Shown: positions 12,845 through 24,533 of the stretch, piece after piece
Layout of the letters: every line of letters begins with the position of its first letter
How positions within the stretch are numbered: the stretch's first letter is position 1
NCBI GenBank assembly: GCA_048772705.1
Contig: JBLWGC010000047.1
Coordinates: 151,243 to 215,242, forward strand
Length of the DNA stretch: 64,000 nt
Origin: Leidyana gryllorum EB-2025a
Lineage: Eukaryota; Protista; Apicomplexa
Direction of reading: 5' to 3'
Position numbers and translations under genes: made by a program
Notes under the pieces: generated by a model
What the model was told of the DNA's origin: nothing
Databases searched by the model: none
The model's input: the letters and a program-made list of their open reading frames with translations, nothing else

Positions 12845-13336
12845 TCAACGCCGCTTCACCACTTTCCCTTGCCGGTCCACCTTCAGGACCATATCCCGAT
12901 CGAGACATCCTCCAACATTAGCGAAGCCTAACATACCGCCAGGCTTATCAAAGATCCCGGACGTATTCAGACATCCACAACAGCCCTCGCTCTGCTTCTT
13001 GACAAAGATCCGCTTTTTCGACCGAAAGATCGGCACATGGACGAAATGGGGATAAGCACTCGGCTCCTGTAACGTCTGCATATCATTCACTATCATTCCT
13101 GGGGCCGTCAATGACTCATAGGGATTGTACGCAAGCTGTCCAGGGAAAGGTGGGACTGGCATGGCCATCTCCGCATTATTCTCTCCTCGTAATTGTCGGT
13201 AACTCGGCAACGGCAAAGGAACGGCGCCATTATGTGGGTACCCACCAAACGGCTGCTGTGATTGCTGATATACTGGGGGCGCTTGCAATGCTGTTGGGGC
13301 CACTTGACCTCCATACAACATTGATGACTGAAACAT
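12845..13336 (-). CDS. Pro/Gln/Tyr-rich hypothetical protein with basic stretch and GCCGC motif (possible palmitoylated pellicle protein)
   Basis: Single 163-aa ORF with ATG; RSKKRIFVKKQSEGCCGC. Confidence 0.6.
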   Translation of the reverse strand: MFQSSMLYGGQVAPTALQAPPVYQQSQQPFGGYPHNGAVPLPLPSYRQLRGENNAEMAMPVPPFPGQLAYNPYESLTAPGMIVNDMQTLQEPSAYPHFVHVPIFRSKKRIFVKKQSEGCCGCLNTSGIFDKPGGMLGFANVGGCLDRDMVLKVDRQGKVVKRR

Positions 13337-13379
13337 CGCACCAAAAATTACACCCCCAAGTCGTGTTCTGCCCGGGCAA

Positions 13380-13881
13380 CTAGCCTCTTGTACCCATCGC
13401 TGGCCGCGTCATTGATAACGATCTTATCATGTAAACCCTCTGGAAGAAGTGAGGACAAGTGTAATCAGGTAAACATTGAGTCTGCTCAAACTCACGGCTT
13501 TGTGCAATGTCGTTCAACACCTTCAGAACTGAGCCCACTGTCGTTGTGCAGGAAATTCGAGGGGTGCGAATCTGAGGTAACTCACGAGTTTCGCCAAACG
13601 CCGTATCTATCGGGAGCGAATGATGCCGGTGAATCTGCAAGAATCCCTGTGGGGACTCTTCAAGGTTAGCATTCACGTATCCATCTTCCTTCTCGTACAC
13701 ATGTACCAACGGAATCGACTCAACTTCCTCCACGTCTTCGAAGGGCACCCGGATACTGTCTTGATTAGTGACCTCAGATTTGTATCCAGCCTGCTTGAAC
13801 TCTTTGATATCTAAGGCCTCAGCTAAAGCCTGTCAAGTCGTATTTAGAATGGGTATGTTGTTGGGAAGAGCCTACCTCCAT
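13380..13881 (-). CDS. Hypothetical protein
   Basis: ATG-GAG then GT-AG intron joins in frame (ME|ALAEALDIKEF...) to ORF 13380-13748. Confidence 0.55.
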
Positions 13882-13944
13882 GCGTTGGATAAGATGAGGC
13901 ACACTCAATGATGCTTGTTGTGACGTCAGAGCCACAGCTATACA

Positions 13945-15259
13945 TTATCGATATACATCACCACGTAGAGCAGCCTTACGAGGTTCGTATCCCATGAGCT
14001 CTTGTGCACGGAGCTCCCTTTTGCTCACTTCCTTGTCCAGTTCTTCGAGCTCGCGATCCTCGTGGACAGATTCTAAAAGTCACATGTGTCTTCTACACAG
14101 TCGAGTATCTCACCTAGCAGCCCCAACGCCCCGAGATCATCACGACACTCTATGCCGTGGAGCCAGGGATGTTCAAGGGTTCGAACGATCAATGACTTGG
14201 GTTGAGGTGGAAACTCATGTAAGCGTGTACATAAGGCTGGTCCGAGACGAACTGTGCGTGTAGCTCAAATGCAACTCACTCGGTGTCAGGCTGAGGCTCA
14301 CGGCCAACCAGCTGGTCCATCCATAACACATCGCACTGTCTTTTGACACGTAGAAGACCGCGCACACACGGAGACACACAACTTCCTTAGCCACACCAAC
14401 ACGATCTTTTTCTCTTAGTCACTTCAACATGACGCTCCGAGAAGCCAGATCCATCATCATCCTCAGCTGTAGTGCTACCTGTTTCTCGCTTATCCATCTC
14501 TACTCATCAAACGTTGCTGAGCTCACTTGGTGCTTTGAATGTTCCGTCACCAGTCAGAATTCCTATGGGTTGGGCACGCGCAGGTCCCATGTCAGTGGAA
14601 GTTCTGAAGGTTCTGCCTCGATGCATCTTGGCGCCTACGATGTTATAGGCCGATGCCCGACCTCCTAGTTCCTTTCGTAATAGTTTTTCCGCAGCATTAG
14701 CCTCAAGTATATTCTTCCGATTCTCCAACTGACCGCGTGGGTGTAAACATCCTTACTTCGCCACCCACTCACCTCAACCACGGCATCATGCTGATATCGC
14801 ATCCTTTGACAAATTCTCAATAATTGCTCCATCTGCTTCAGATGAGCTGCTGATCCGTGCGCCGCCAAGAATTCTACTTGGCTGATCTCACGATCGGATA
14901 CATCATAGACACTACACACAGAGACTGACCTGATCGTGTCAGACTCATTCCTCATCGCCTTATAGGCATTACGCAATTCAATCTTCATTGAATCATCGGG
15001 CAGCCGTTTTTCGGCGTACCACAAAAATGGAGTCAGCGTCGATACTCTAGTGATGCAAGATCACCACTGCCAACGGGACATTTTCTCACTGGTGAAGTAA
15101 TTGAACGCCAGTCTCCACCCCCTCAAATACGGGTTTAGGCCACAAATACCTCCCCTCTTGTGTCAACGCGGCCCTCCAAGCTGTAACATAAACATCTGCA
15201 ATCTCCTCTGCAGGAGTGATGTCTGCATTCGAAGATCTCGCGTCCGAATTCTCTGGCAT
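13945..15259 (-). CDS. Multi-exon hypothetical helical/coiled-coil protein
   Basis: ATG 15259 (MPENSDARSS); GT-AG introns link ORFs 14665-15024 and 14507-14728 and a last exon ESVHEDRELEELDKEVSKRELRAQE...YR*. Confidence 0.55.
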
Positions 15260-15271
15260 ATATCAAAAAAA

Positions 15272-17992
15272 TCATACATCATCTTCTACCGCCTCTCCTT
15301 CATCAGCACTAATGTCTTCAGATGACTCCCGTGATTCCAACTCCTCCTCCACCTCTTCCACGCCATCCTCTTCCACCGGACTTCTCGTGATCCTGATCTC
15401 ATAGAAGCTCTGTCCATCCAAAAATACTTCCTCATCGCCTTCGGCTTCCACTCCATCCTCCAACTCTATGCTGGGCGCAGCCGCGCCGCTCAGCAACAAA
15501 GCATCGTACTCCATATCCTGTTTGTCCTCCCAATATGCTCGACCCGCTCCACAATCTATCGACAATATATATGTGGCTAGCCAATCCCTTCTCACCTAAG
15601 ACAACTGTGCAAGTTGCTGTCGCTGACTCCTCCCCATCATAGGCTGTCACCAACAGCTCTCGCCGAGCTACTGGGGAAACAGCACAAGAGTGCGATACTT
15701 CAAATAGTAGAGATCTGGTATCAGCATCTTGGATGTGAATCTGGAGGGGATCACCATCCGGATCTGACGCTGTGAACAAATCATTGTTGAACTTCTTTGT
15801 GTCAACATCAATGTACACACGATCTCGGAATTCATCATACTTCATCACATTTATGCCCGGATCTGCAGTTTTGCAATGGATCGTGGGTTTGTGGTTCTCC
15901 AAACAATCTGCAGCAAGTCAGTCCCATTGCCAATCAATAGATGGAAGTCAACTCACTGATAGTCATGGGGCATGTGGTGAAAGTCACCCCATCCGGATTC
16001 CACCCTGCGGCCATAACATCCAAGGTCTTGGTGCCGGGTGTGTCGCACGTATATGAAAAGCTTAACGGGTCCACTACTTTGGTCTGGAAGACTAACCCAA
16101 CTGACCGAGTTGCTTCCACTGGCTCCACGGCAAAGAGCATGCCGAAGGGCTGGAGTGGAAGGGGTCTGTGAACAATCAGATCCATGGTCAACGGGAGGCA
16201 TCGGATCGACGTTGAGGGAATTGCCTTGATGATATCGGTGTAGTCACGCTTGGGTGACTCAGCTTGCGTGTCCTTGACTTCCTTCTCTTCTACTCCATCG
16301 GCTTTAGGCGTCGAAGACGTGGTGCTGCTGGTCGTGGTAGGCGTGGTAGTAGTTGTGGTTGTGGTTGTGGTCGAAGTCGTTGTTGTCGTGGGAGTTGTGA
16401 ACGTAGTTATACCGTTGCCAATGTCAACGATTGTGGGAATGGGAGTAGGTGGCACCAATGCTTGATACATACGTTGGATGTCTGTGCGGCTGAGCGCCGG
16501 GTTCGAAGCATCCTCCGTTGGATGAGCCAAGGGAGCCTTCTCAACGATCCATGCGTCAGGGTTCACGTGGGCGGGTGGCAACTCCAGAAACGCACTGTCC
16601 TTCCTTATGGCTGGGTAAGGCGTCTCGACGAAGGACCCCTTATTGTCGACTAGTTGGGGTCTATATTTGAAGGGCCTTTCGGGTCCTTGGGCATCCGCCC
16701 ACCATTTCTGGAAGGTCATGTCGCTCAGAGTGGCCTGCTCAGGCTGCAAAGTCTTCATTCGATCCATGTACATTTGGACCAACTGTTTCAACTCTGGGGG
16801 TTCAGCTTCCCCAAAGTTCAACGCCAACCGACTGGCAACTCTGGCTGCTTCGTCGTAAAGTCCGTCCTCTTCAAACCTCCGACCAGGTAACGAAGGATGA
16901 ATGACGCCTTGCTCAACATCATGAGCCCCCTCGCCACGGATCCGATTCAACCTTGGTTCGAAGTAATCAACCATTTCAGCCTCCCCGTTAGCCACTGGTA
17001 GACCATATGGTGCGCTGGCGGTGGGCCATTGAGCGTTAATCCCAATTCTGGGCTGGCCCACCAGAATCTGAGCTTGATCAACGGTGCTTGCAGCGGTAGA
17101 AACGGGAATCTGACCGATTGGGACATGAACCCCAGAATATGCGTTGACCCTATTGAGTGTAGGGGTGGGTGCGATGCAACCTGGGTGATTCATCTATGTA
17201 GGGAGTTCGATTTGGACGGACTCACTGATCGAAGTCTTGCACAGACTGGTTCCTTTGCTCAGCAACCCTCCCGAGGTGTCAGTGACAAATACCTTGAACT
17301 TCAAATTAAAGACACCGGGAGCATCACACGAGAACTGAAAGGTACCTGGAACCTGTGTGCGGAGCGTGTTGGATGAGTATGCAGCATTGTTCATTCACCT
17401 TCGATAGCGTTTGCAATTCCTTGACATGTATCAGTGCTGAGTCTGGATTCAATCCTTGAGGCAGGGTGACGTTAAAGATGTCGTTACTAAACCCATGGGC
17501 GTTGATGTTCAAAACCTCTCCGATGAACATATCGCGTTGGAAAGCCCGGCATGCCACGATGGGCTGTGCTGGGAATAGTGAAGCAGGTAAGACGTGCGCC
17601 GCTGCATTCAGGAATTTTCCTTCCGCAGATCGGCTCTCAGGTGCTGCCGCAACTGGCAAAGTGAGTTTGGGACCAGCATGGATCTGTTCAGATCGGTGTT
17701 GTGCGTGTGCTTGCACGTGTTCCACAGAGTGAATATTTGCGTCAAAGCCTGGTGGTAAGGTTCTTGGGTTGCAGGTCTTGATTGAGAGCAATTGGATGCC
17801 ATTCAAGAAGTTGGGCCGAGACAATCCGGTCAGGGCGCCAGCAAACGGAGCAGAGCACTGTTCGTCTCTGCTACAATCACTATCAGCGAAGCACATCCGT
17901 CCTAGAATGCTTTGAAATGGACCCTTGGCATCTTCGTTCGCACGCACAAAGAGCTGCAAGAGCCCAGATAGCCATAATGCAGCCGCCAGCAT
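15272..17992 (-). CDS. Secreted protein: signal peptide, three Cys-containing HYR/Ig-like repeats, Thr-rich mucin stalk, acidic tail
   Basis: MLAAALWLSGLLQLFVRA signal; ORFs 17324-18022, 17194-17394, 15934-17193, 15432-15902, 15272-15595 linked by short introns; repeats share IxC...[FY]SC..PG...V.A/TD...C...[IV]; poly-Thr at ~16310-16410. Confidence 0.75.
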
Positions 17993-18063
17993 GTGTCGCC
18001 CCGGGAGCGAACGTGTTTGCAAGAGACGCTAACAAACGCAATCAGACCTTACACCTACTTTGA

Positions 18064-20545
18064 ATGAGGCGCCGTATCACGTCGGCTCTATTAACGCTGG
18101 CACTATGTGGTTGTGTGACGAGTGCACGAAGATTGAGATCACATCGCGCTTGGTTGGCGAGGTACGGGCAGCCACTAACGCTGGAGCCAGCTGCGTTCTG
18201 CGATATGCGGGGTGTTACTATTGCTGTTCCCACCACAACCATTCATACGAGGGAGTCGCCTGCCTCGGTGGCTTGGGGAAGTTTGGCAGGGTCCCGCCAG
18301 GTTCAACTTGGGCCTCGAGGTCCCGAGTGCGCTGCTCGCCTCGAGCCGGGATTCTTCAGAAGGGAAGGGAATGACACGACCGTGGACGCATGGCTGGCCC
18401 GGGCAACTCATACGGGTTGTCAAGGGCACTCAGTTTATACCGCTGATTCTATTATCCATTCGAATAGATGGACAATCTCTTGGCCGGAGCGAAACAGCTC
18501 CACAGAGGGCGAACGAAGACCAAATCTCAATGTTCTCGTATCTTGCACATGCTCAGTTGAGACGGAGGAATGCAGTGCAAACGCTCGATGGGAGGATCCA
18601 ATTCTATCACCAGTTTTGGACGCGGACGGGTCCGAGAGTTTGATAGGGGGCTACAGTGTTAATTCGGCGGCTTTAGTGGGCCCTCATGCAGACGTCGACA
18701 TTTTGCCAGATCTTGAAAGGTAAGAGCTGCCATCGGAATCTTCATGATTGTTTGGCCAATAGTCGCTTCCATTTTGAAACCTACGGCCCACCTTCCGAGC
18801 ATTTATGGCCCTGGAAGTGTGACGCGTCAACGCCTGATGGACGGAGTCACCCTCTGTTGGTGGCGGGATGTCCTGTGTCGGACAAATTGGACTTTCAGGT
18901 GAGGGTATCTCCATATTGGGTTGTAAATGTTGGCTTGCAGACACATGCTGTGACTTTGCGAGGTCTATTTGGTCGCGAGCGGACGTTTTCGCAGTCGAAG
19001 GGCCATTTGGCCTTCAGTTTAAAGGCTGTGGGGTTCGAAGGAGCAGAATCTGCCTTGGTGATGGTGACGTGTGAGATGACGACTGCAGCATCTGCTCCCA
19101 AGTTGGAAGAGATCTGCCATGATCAGAAACTTCTTGTCCCATCACCCAGAGCAGTTGGGTTGGAGGGTGGCAATTCAAATCGTGCAAAAAATCCAGGTTC
19201 GTTGGTGGTCGGCGGACAAAGTGTGGAGTCAGTTGACTCTGCTGGCAGAGAGGGATCTGCTGAAGTTTTCAGACGATGGGAGAAGTCGTTGAAACGGGAG
19301 GGGAGAAAAGGTGCTCGACGGCGGAATGGTGGGGGCGTCGGCGATCCGGGCGCAGGTATGGAGGGAGGTGCCCCCCCGCGTAAGCTGTTGACCCAAAAGG
19401 AGGCTGAGGAGGAAGCAAGAAAGCGTTTCGATGCTATTTCGCACACAATCGACTTGCCCGATCTGACGGAGCATCTGGAGAGTATAGATTTCATGGACGA
19501 CGATTTGGATGACGAAACGATGATATTCTTCAATCCTGGAAGTGTCGAGAGCATGTTGCCGGAGCCGGTGGCACGTTACAAGCCTCCGGCTTTGCTTTCT
19601 GTGAAGAATGACTATGCTATTGACAATTTCGGGGTGACTTGGAATCGTGGTGTCAACAATCGTCAAACGGCTGTGAAGGTCGGGAACGATGCTGCTTGGG
19701 TTGGAGCGGATGTGGCTCTGCAACAGCGTCGGGCCACAGCGACAGTGGGATGGAAGGACTTCCACATGAATGCTCTCACAAGTTTGGAGCAGCAGGAGTT
19801 GGGTGTTGGGGTGAAGTACGGCAAGTATGGTGTGGCAGCAGTGCGGAACAACCAGGAAGATGCCACTTCGATAGAAGTGAACACACCGTATGTTGCGGTT
19901 GGTACTTTGGCGAACTTTTTGGATCGTAACTACGGACAGAAGATTCGCATAAAGGACTTTGAGATTGTTGGTCGTCACGATTTCAACGAGCACATCTACC
20001 AGGATCCTAACAAACTGGCATCAGAGTTTATGATCAGTTACAAAGATTATGGTGTTGCGGTGGGCAGCGATGTGGTTGATACTCGTTACGGTGTCAGCAT
20101 TGGTATCAAAGGGTATCAATTCAGTGTTCTTCGGGACTTTGATGAACGACAAACCGACTTTGTGGGAAATTTCGGAGACGGTTGGCAACTATATGTCAGC
20201 CAAGATGCTCCTGATCAATACTCCAAGTCGATGTTCGGTCGTGTCGGTTTCGGGAATTTGAAGAAAGCCTATGTGCTCGCTGGCGCTGGTGTGGGTGATG
20301 ACGGCATCCCAGAGTTCAATGCACGGTACCACGGGAAACGTGCTGCTATTGTCATGGATCTTGAAGGATCCGGTGTTGGTGATAGAACTTTGATCACCGG
20401 ATTCTCGTTCGGGAAGTTTACTTACGTTTGGAATAGCAAGTTGGCACTGGACAACTTGCGAGTACCCCTTATGGTCGGGGTTGAGCCGTTACAGGTCAAG
20501 AACCTTCTCACCCCTGGATCGCTCCCGACTCCACAGCACTTCTAA
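18064..20545 (+). CDS. Secreted protein with ZP-like N-terminal module and C-terminal beta-hairpin repeat region
   Basis: Signal MRRRITSALLTLALCGCVTSA; intron 18720-18762 fuses ORFs 18064-18723 and 18686-20545 in frame; probable in-frame intron 18899-18940. Gene model confident, domain calls tentative. Confidence 0.75.
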
Positions 20546-20578
20546 ATCTGATCGCAATAGAAAAAAATTACCCCACTG

Positions 20579-22002
20579 ATGAACTCTTTGCACTCTTCTC
20601 CATCATTTTCCCAACTTAACCCCTCCAATCAATGCCAGGATCCACCTTCAACCTCTTATCAACCACAACTCCAGGATCCGTAAGTGGCAATCTAATAGCC
20701 ACCTCATAATAATTAAATCAACAGTCTAATTGAATGGGTCGGTACCGCTATAAGAAGTCAATGGTCCACTGGTGCCACACCGGGCGACCTCTACTCTGTA
20801 ATGGGTAACATCGAAAGATGCGTAGAAGAACACAGGCGCAACCCAGAGTCCAGTCACATATCCAGACACGCGCCCAAGAACACCAAGTTCTGGACTCCCC
20901 TTCCTATGCGGGAGGCCTTCATGAGAATGGATGCCAAATACAAGATAAGTCAACGACGCTGGATTCCGCCCAGCAACCACGAGATCCGCCAAACCCTAAA
21001 TCTGGCACAAGTTTTGGTCACCTGTAAGAATCTACGGCTGATCACATTCGATGGGGATGAAACCTTATATCCAAACGGTGCTAATTTTGAGGACCCCGAA
21101 TTGGCTAACCTTATCATCAAATTGTTGCGGAACGACGTCCACGTCGCTCTGGTCACTGCTGCGGGATACGGGCAAGACCCCGAGCATTACGAGGTGCGCC
21201 TCGGTATATTGCTAACCGCCCTCAAAGACGCCAATCTGGGACCCGAGAAATTGGGCCAATTCATGGTATTCGGAGGAGAGGCTAATTACTTGTTCAGGTG
21301 AGTGCTAGACTTCTGTCTGCCTTCGCTACTGATGTATTTCGCCAGACTTGGTGAAGATTGCGGTCTTCACTGTGTTCCATATGACGAATGGCAACGTCAC
21401 TCCCCCATCGTTCTCACCAAGGAGAAGGATCTGGAAGAAGCCACACGGCTGCTCAATACAGCCGAGGCGACTCTGCGAGATGCTGTAACAGAGCTTGGAC
21501 TGCGTGCGCGAGTTATCCGCAAGGAAAGGGCCGTAGGAATTGTCCCAGGCGGACTGCAAGGCGTCCTGAGGGTCCCAACTGGATCGGGCTCCAAGTCCAT
21601 CAGGTCAGAAATTCTTGAGGAAGCTGTGGCACGGGTTCGCGAAGCGGTCAATCGAATTGGTAAGTTCCATAGTTCACATGGCTTGGAGTACACTCAAAAT
21701 GACCATCATCAGATCCGAAGATCCCCTACTGCGCTTTCAATGGAGGCTCGGATGTCTGGGTCGATGTCGGGAATAAGGCAATGGCGTTGGAAGTATTACA
21801 AAGCATATTAAATATTCATCCTTCAGAGTGCTTGCATCTAGGTGACCAGTTCACACAATCAGGAAACGACATCACCGTGCGCCAAAAATCGCCATGTATC
21901 TGGGTGATTTCCCCAACTGAAACCAAAGCTGTTCTTCGACGCTTGATAAAAGGAGGTGATATGGAGCAGCAAGTAGATAGTGACGGAAACGAAAATTGGT
22001 GA
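20579..22002 (+). CDS. ISN1: IMP-specific 5'-nucleotidase (HAD family)
   Basis: FWTPLPMREAF...ISQRRWIPPSNHEIRQTLNLAQ, HAD motif LITFDGDETLY, VTAAGY, GGEANY, FNGGSDVWVDVGNK, LHLGDQF...GND. Confidence 0.92.
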
Positions 22003-22007
22003 AGGTG

Positions 22008-22294
22008 CTAAACAGATTGTGTTTGATCATCCAAGACGTGTAGTGCTTCTTGAAACGCAAGCTTGAGCTGCGTTATCTCGCTCTGGTATCTTTCTGCGAG
22101 ATGCTCCTGCTCCTTCAACCGCAACTGATTGCTCTGTTCAACATCGCAGTTCAGTCATCACTTCTTACCGATAAATCGGATTCCATTTGCTCAAACTTGG
22201 CGTCAATCATCTCCAAGATCTGTGATAGTGTCTTCGTGTGTCCATGTATCTCATTTGAGCACTCAATAAGTACTTCACGAGTCAGGTCAGCCAT
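22008..22294 (-). CDS. Tiny coiled-coil protein, HSBP1-like (absent from ORF track)
   Basis: Three exons give MADLTRE|TLSQILEMIDAKFEQMESDLS|SNQLRLKEQEHLAERYQSEITQLKLAFQEALHVLDDQTQSV*. Confidence 0.5.
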
Positions 22295-22326
22295 ATCGAT
22301 CGTGTGTGCTCGATGGACAACATCAC

Positions 22327-23724
22327 ATGGAAATTAAGGCCAGGCGTTATCTAGGGTATTTCACCCTCAAAACGGTATGATTACTCCCCAGCGGATGTCA
22401 ATGCTCGAAACCAGGGTTGTTATATCATTGCGTTCTCTCATATTGGTATTGGATCGTGCATATGGATACTATTAGATTACCTTCGGCCGCAATTGCACTT
22501 ACTGTCTGTGACAATATTGTTCGCCTTCCTGTTGGTCGCTATCTTAGGGTGGGTGATTCCAGCTTTGCGATTGACAGCAAGTTTCCTGCTCAGAGTCACT
22601 GCGACTATTCAGCGATCCGTGACCCTAACCTGGGTGTACTCCGTACTCACTCTTGCATTGGCTATCACTGTCCTACTGCTGGCGTTGGACTTTCTGGATA
22701 CTATAGACTTTTTACCGATACCTCCCGCTCATCCGGTAGGCTGGCCTCATTGATTCCACATGACCTTCGTAGACGTCTGTCAATGACGAAATCGGCATCA
22801 CCGGAGGCCATACACATGGAGGCACCTTTCTTCAAGCCGTACAGACTTTGTGGACAACTCCTTTGACGCTCTTGGGATTACGGGCGGTTGAACGAAAGCC
22901 TTCGTTCCCTGTCGAAGATCGGACATATGGGGACGATTTCACGGCTTATGCCCGTAACGCTTTCCCGACTAGCCGGCGTTATCTAAAACATCAGCACAAC
23001 AGTCTACTCCACCGACGGTCGCATGCGGAGCCTCCTGAGACGCTGCAAGGCCTCGAGAAGGCTATAGCAGAGGATGTAGTCGATCTGATGGAAGAGAGAG
23101 AAGCTGGTCAGCAGCTAGTACAGCAGGGGAGCCGGCTTCGTGCTCAACGATGGGCAGATGGTGCTGGTCTGCCTAATCAGGTGGAAGATGGCTCAGCGAA
23201 CTTGAAAGCTAACGGAACAGCTGAGGGCAGCAAACTGGATCTGTTAGGTTTGGAGAAGAAGAGCTCTTCTGGAGAAGCAGAAGAGGTGTCACTGGAGGAA
23301 TTACCCCCTGAGGTGGCCGATTTACCCGAAGATTTGCAGATGACCGTGACTGCGACGACCAAAACGCTCAAACACAGTGAGGTTCTCGACCAATTACTAT
23401 CAAACTTCCTTGATTGCAGTCGTTAAAATGATTTCTGGAATCATTCTGGCAGTGATGTTCCTATATATGCTATACGCTGACTGGATCATCACAAGTTTCG
23501 CATTAAACCAATGGTAAGGAGGGCATTGATTCCAATTCTCATTGTGATTTAGTACTTCATTCGACTCCTTGGATGACATCCCGGACCAATTTGAGCCTCT
23601 GTTGTCTCATTCGCCTCTGGAAAGTATTGAAGCGGATCAATTGAACCTCAAAGACTCTCCGTTGGTTCCGGCCCCATTGCCAACTCCTCCTCCTTCACCT
23701 CCCCGAGGAGCTCCTGTAGTTTGA
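22327..23724 (+). CDS. Multi-pass membrane protein, unknown function
   Basis: MEIKARRYLGYFTLKT|GCYIIAF... joined by short introns to hydrophobic ORF 22493-22753 and ORF 22848-23426; Pro-rich last exon. Confidence 0.55.
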
Positions 23725-24480
23725 GAACAGGGTGAGCGATCATCGGTCAGAGCTGTGGGACAGCAGACGGGTCTTCCTGGTCGTAAGAGCATGAACGCTT
23801 CGTCGTTATCGTGCACGACACGATAACCAGTTTCATAGAAGTGGAGGTCGCCAACCCATCTGAAGGCAGCAAGTATAATTCTGCAGAGTCAGCGGTTTGA
23901 TTGGGGCTCACCTGTCATTGAAAAGTCGTGCGGTTCCTGTGTCGCTGCTTATACGATTATCAATGGCCACTGCCTCGTCGAGCTCTTTGTTGAGTTGCGT
24001 TTCATCGCCATTGCTCAACATCTTGGCAGTCTTCATGGAGGATATGGCTTCTCCGAGCTCTCCAAAATTGAGAAGTGCCCTTCCACGAGTCCAATGTGCT
24101 TCGAAACAATTCGGATTGAAGGAGATCGCTCTGTCAGCAGCGAGGATGGCTTTGAACCAGGAGTTCTCCATGAGGAACGTTTGTGCGACAGCTTCCATGT
24201 ATATAGCTCTATTTTCTGCATCACCAAGACCAGCTCTTTTAAATTGAGTACGAGCGTTATCGTAATGTCCAGCGGCTGCTAGTCTATTGGCTTCCTGTCG
24301 GTGGCGATAAGCGACTTCGAGAGGGATAGATATTTTGGGGGGCACACTGATATTGGGAGGAGCATCGATTTCCTCTTCGAATTGCTGGGCGAATAGCGTT
24401 CTGGTTCGTTCTGCTTGGTCGGATCGGTTTGTGTCGCCAGTTTGGGTTGATGAAGGGAATTTGAGCTGCCAGGGAGTCAT
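23637..24480 (-). CDS. TPR protein, TTC33-like
   Basis: Three TPRs (AILAADRAISFNPNCFEAHWTRGRALLNFGELGEAI); GT-AG intron near 23882-23911 adds a last exon; 3' end tentative. Confidence 0.7.
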
Positions 24481-24533
24481 TGCAGACTTTTTTTCAAGGG
24501 TACTCTGAAAGTTTTGTGTTTGGGTACCGCGAG

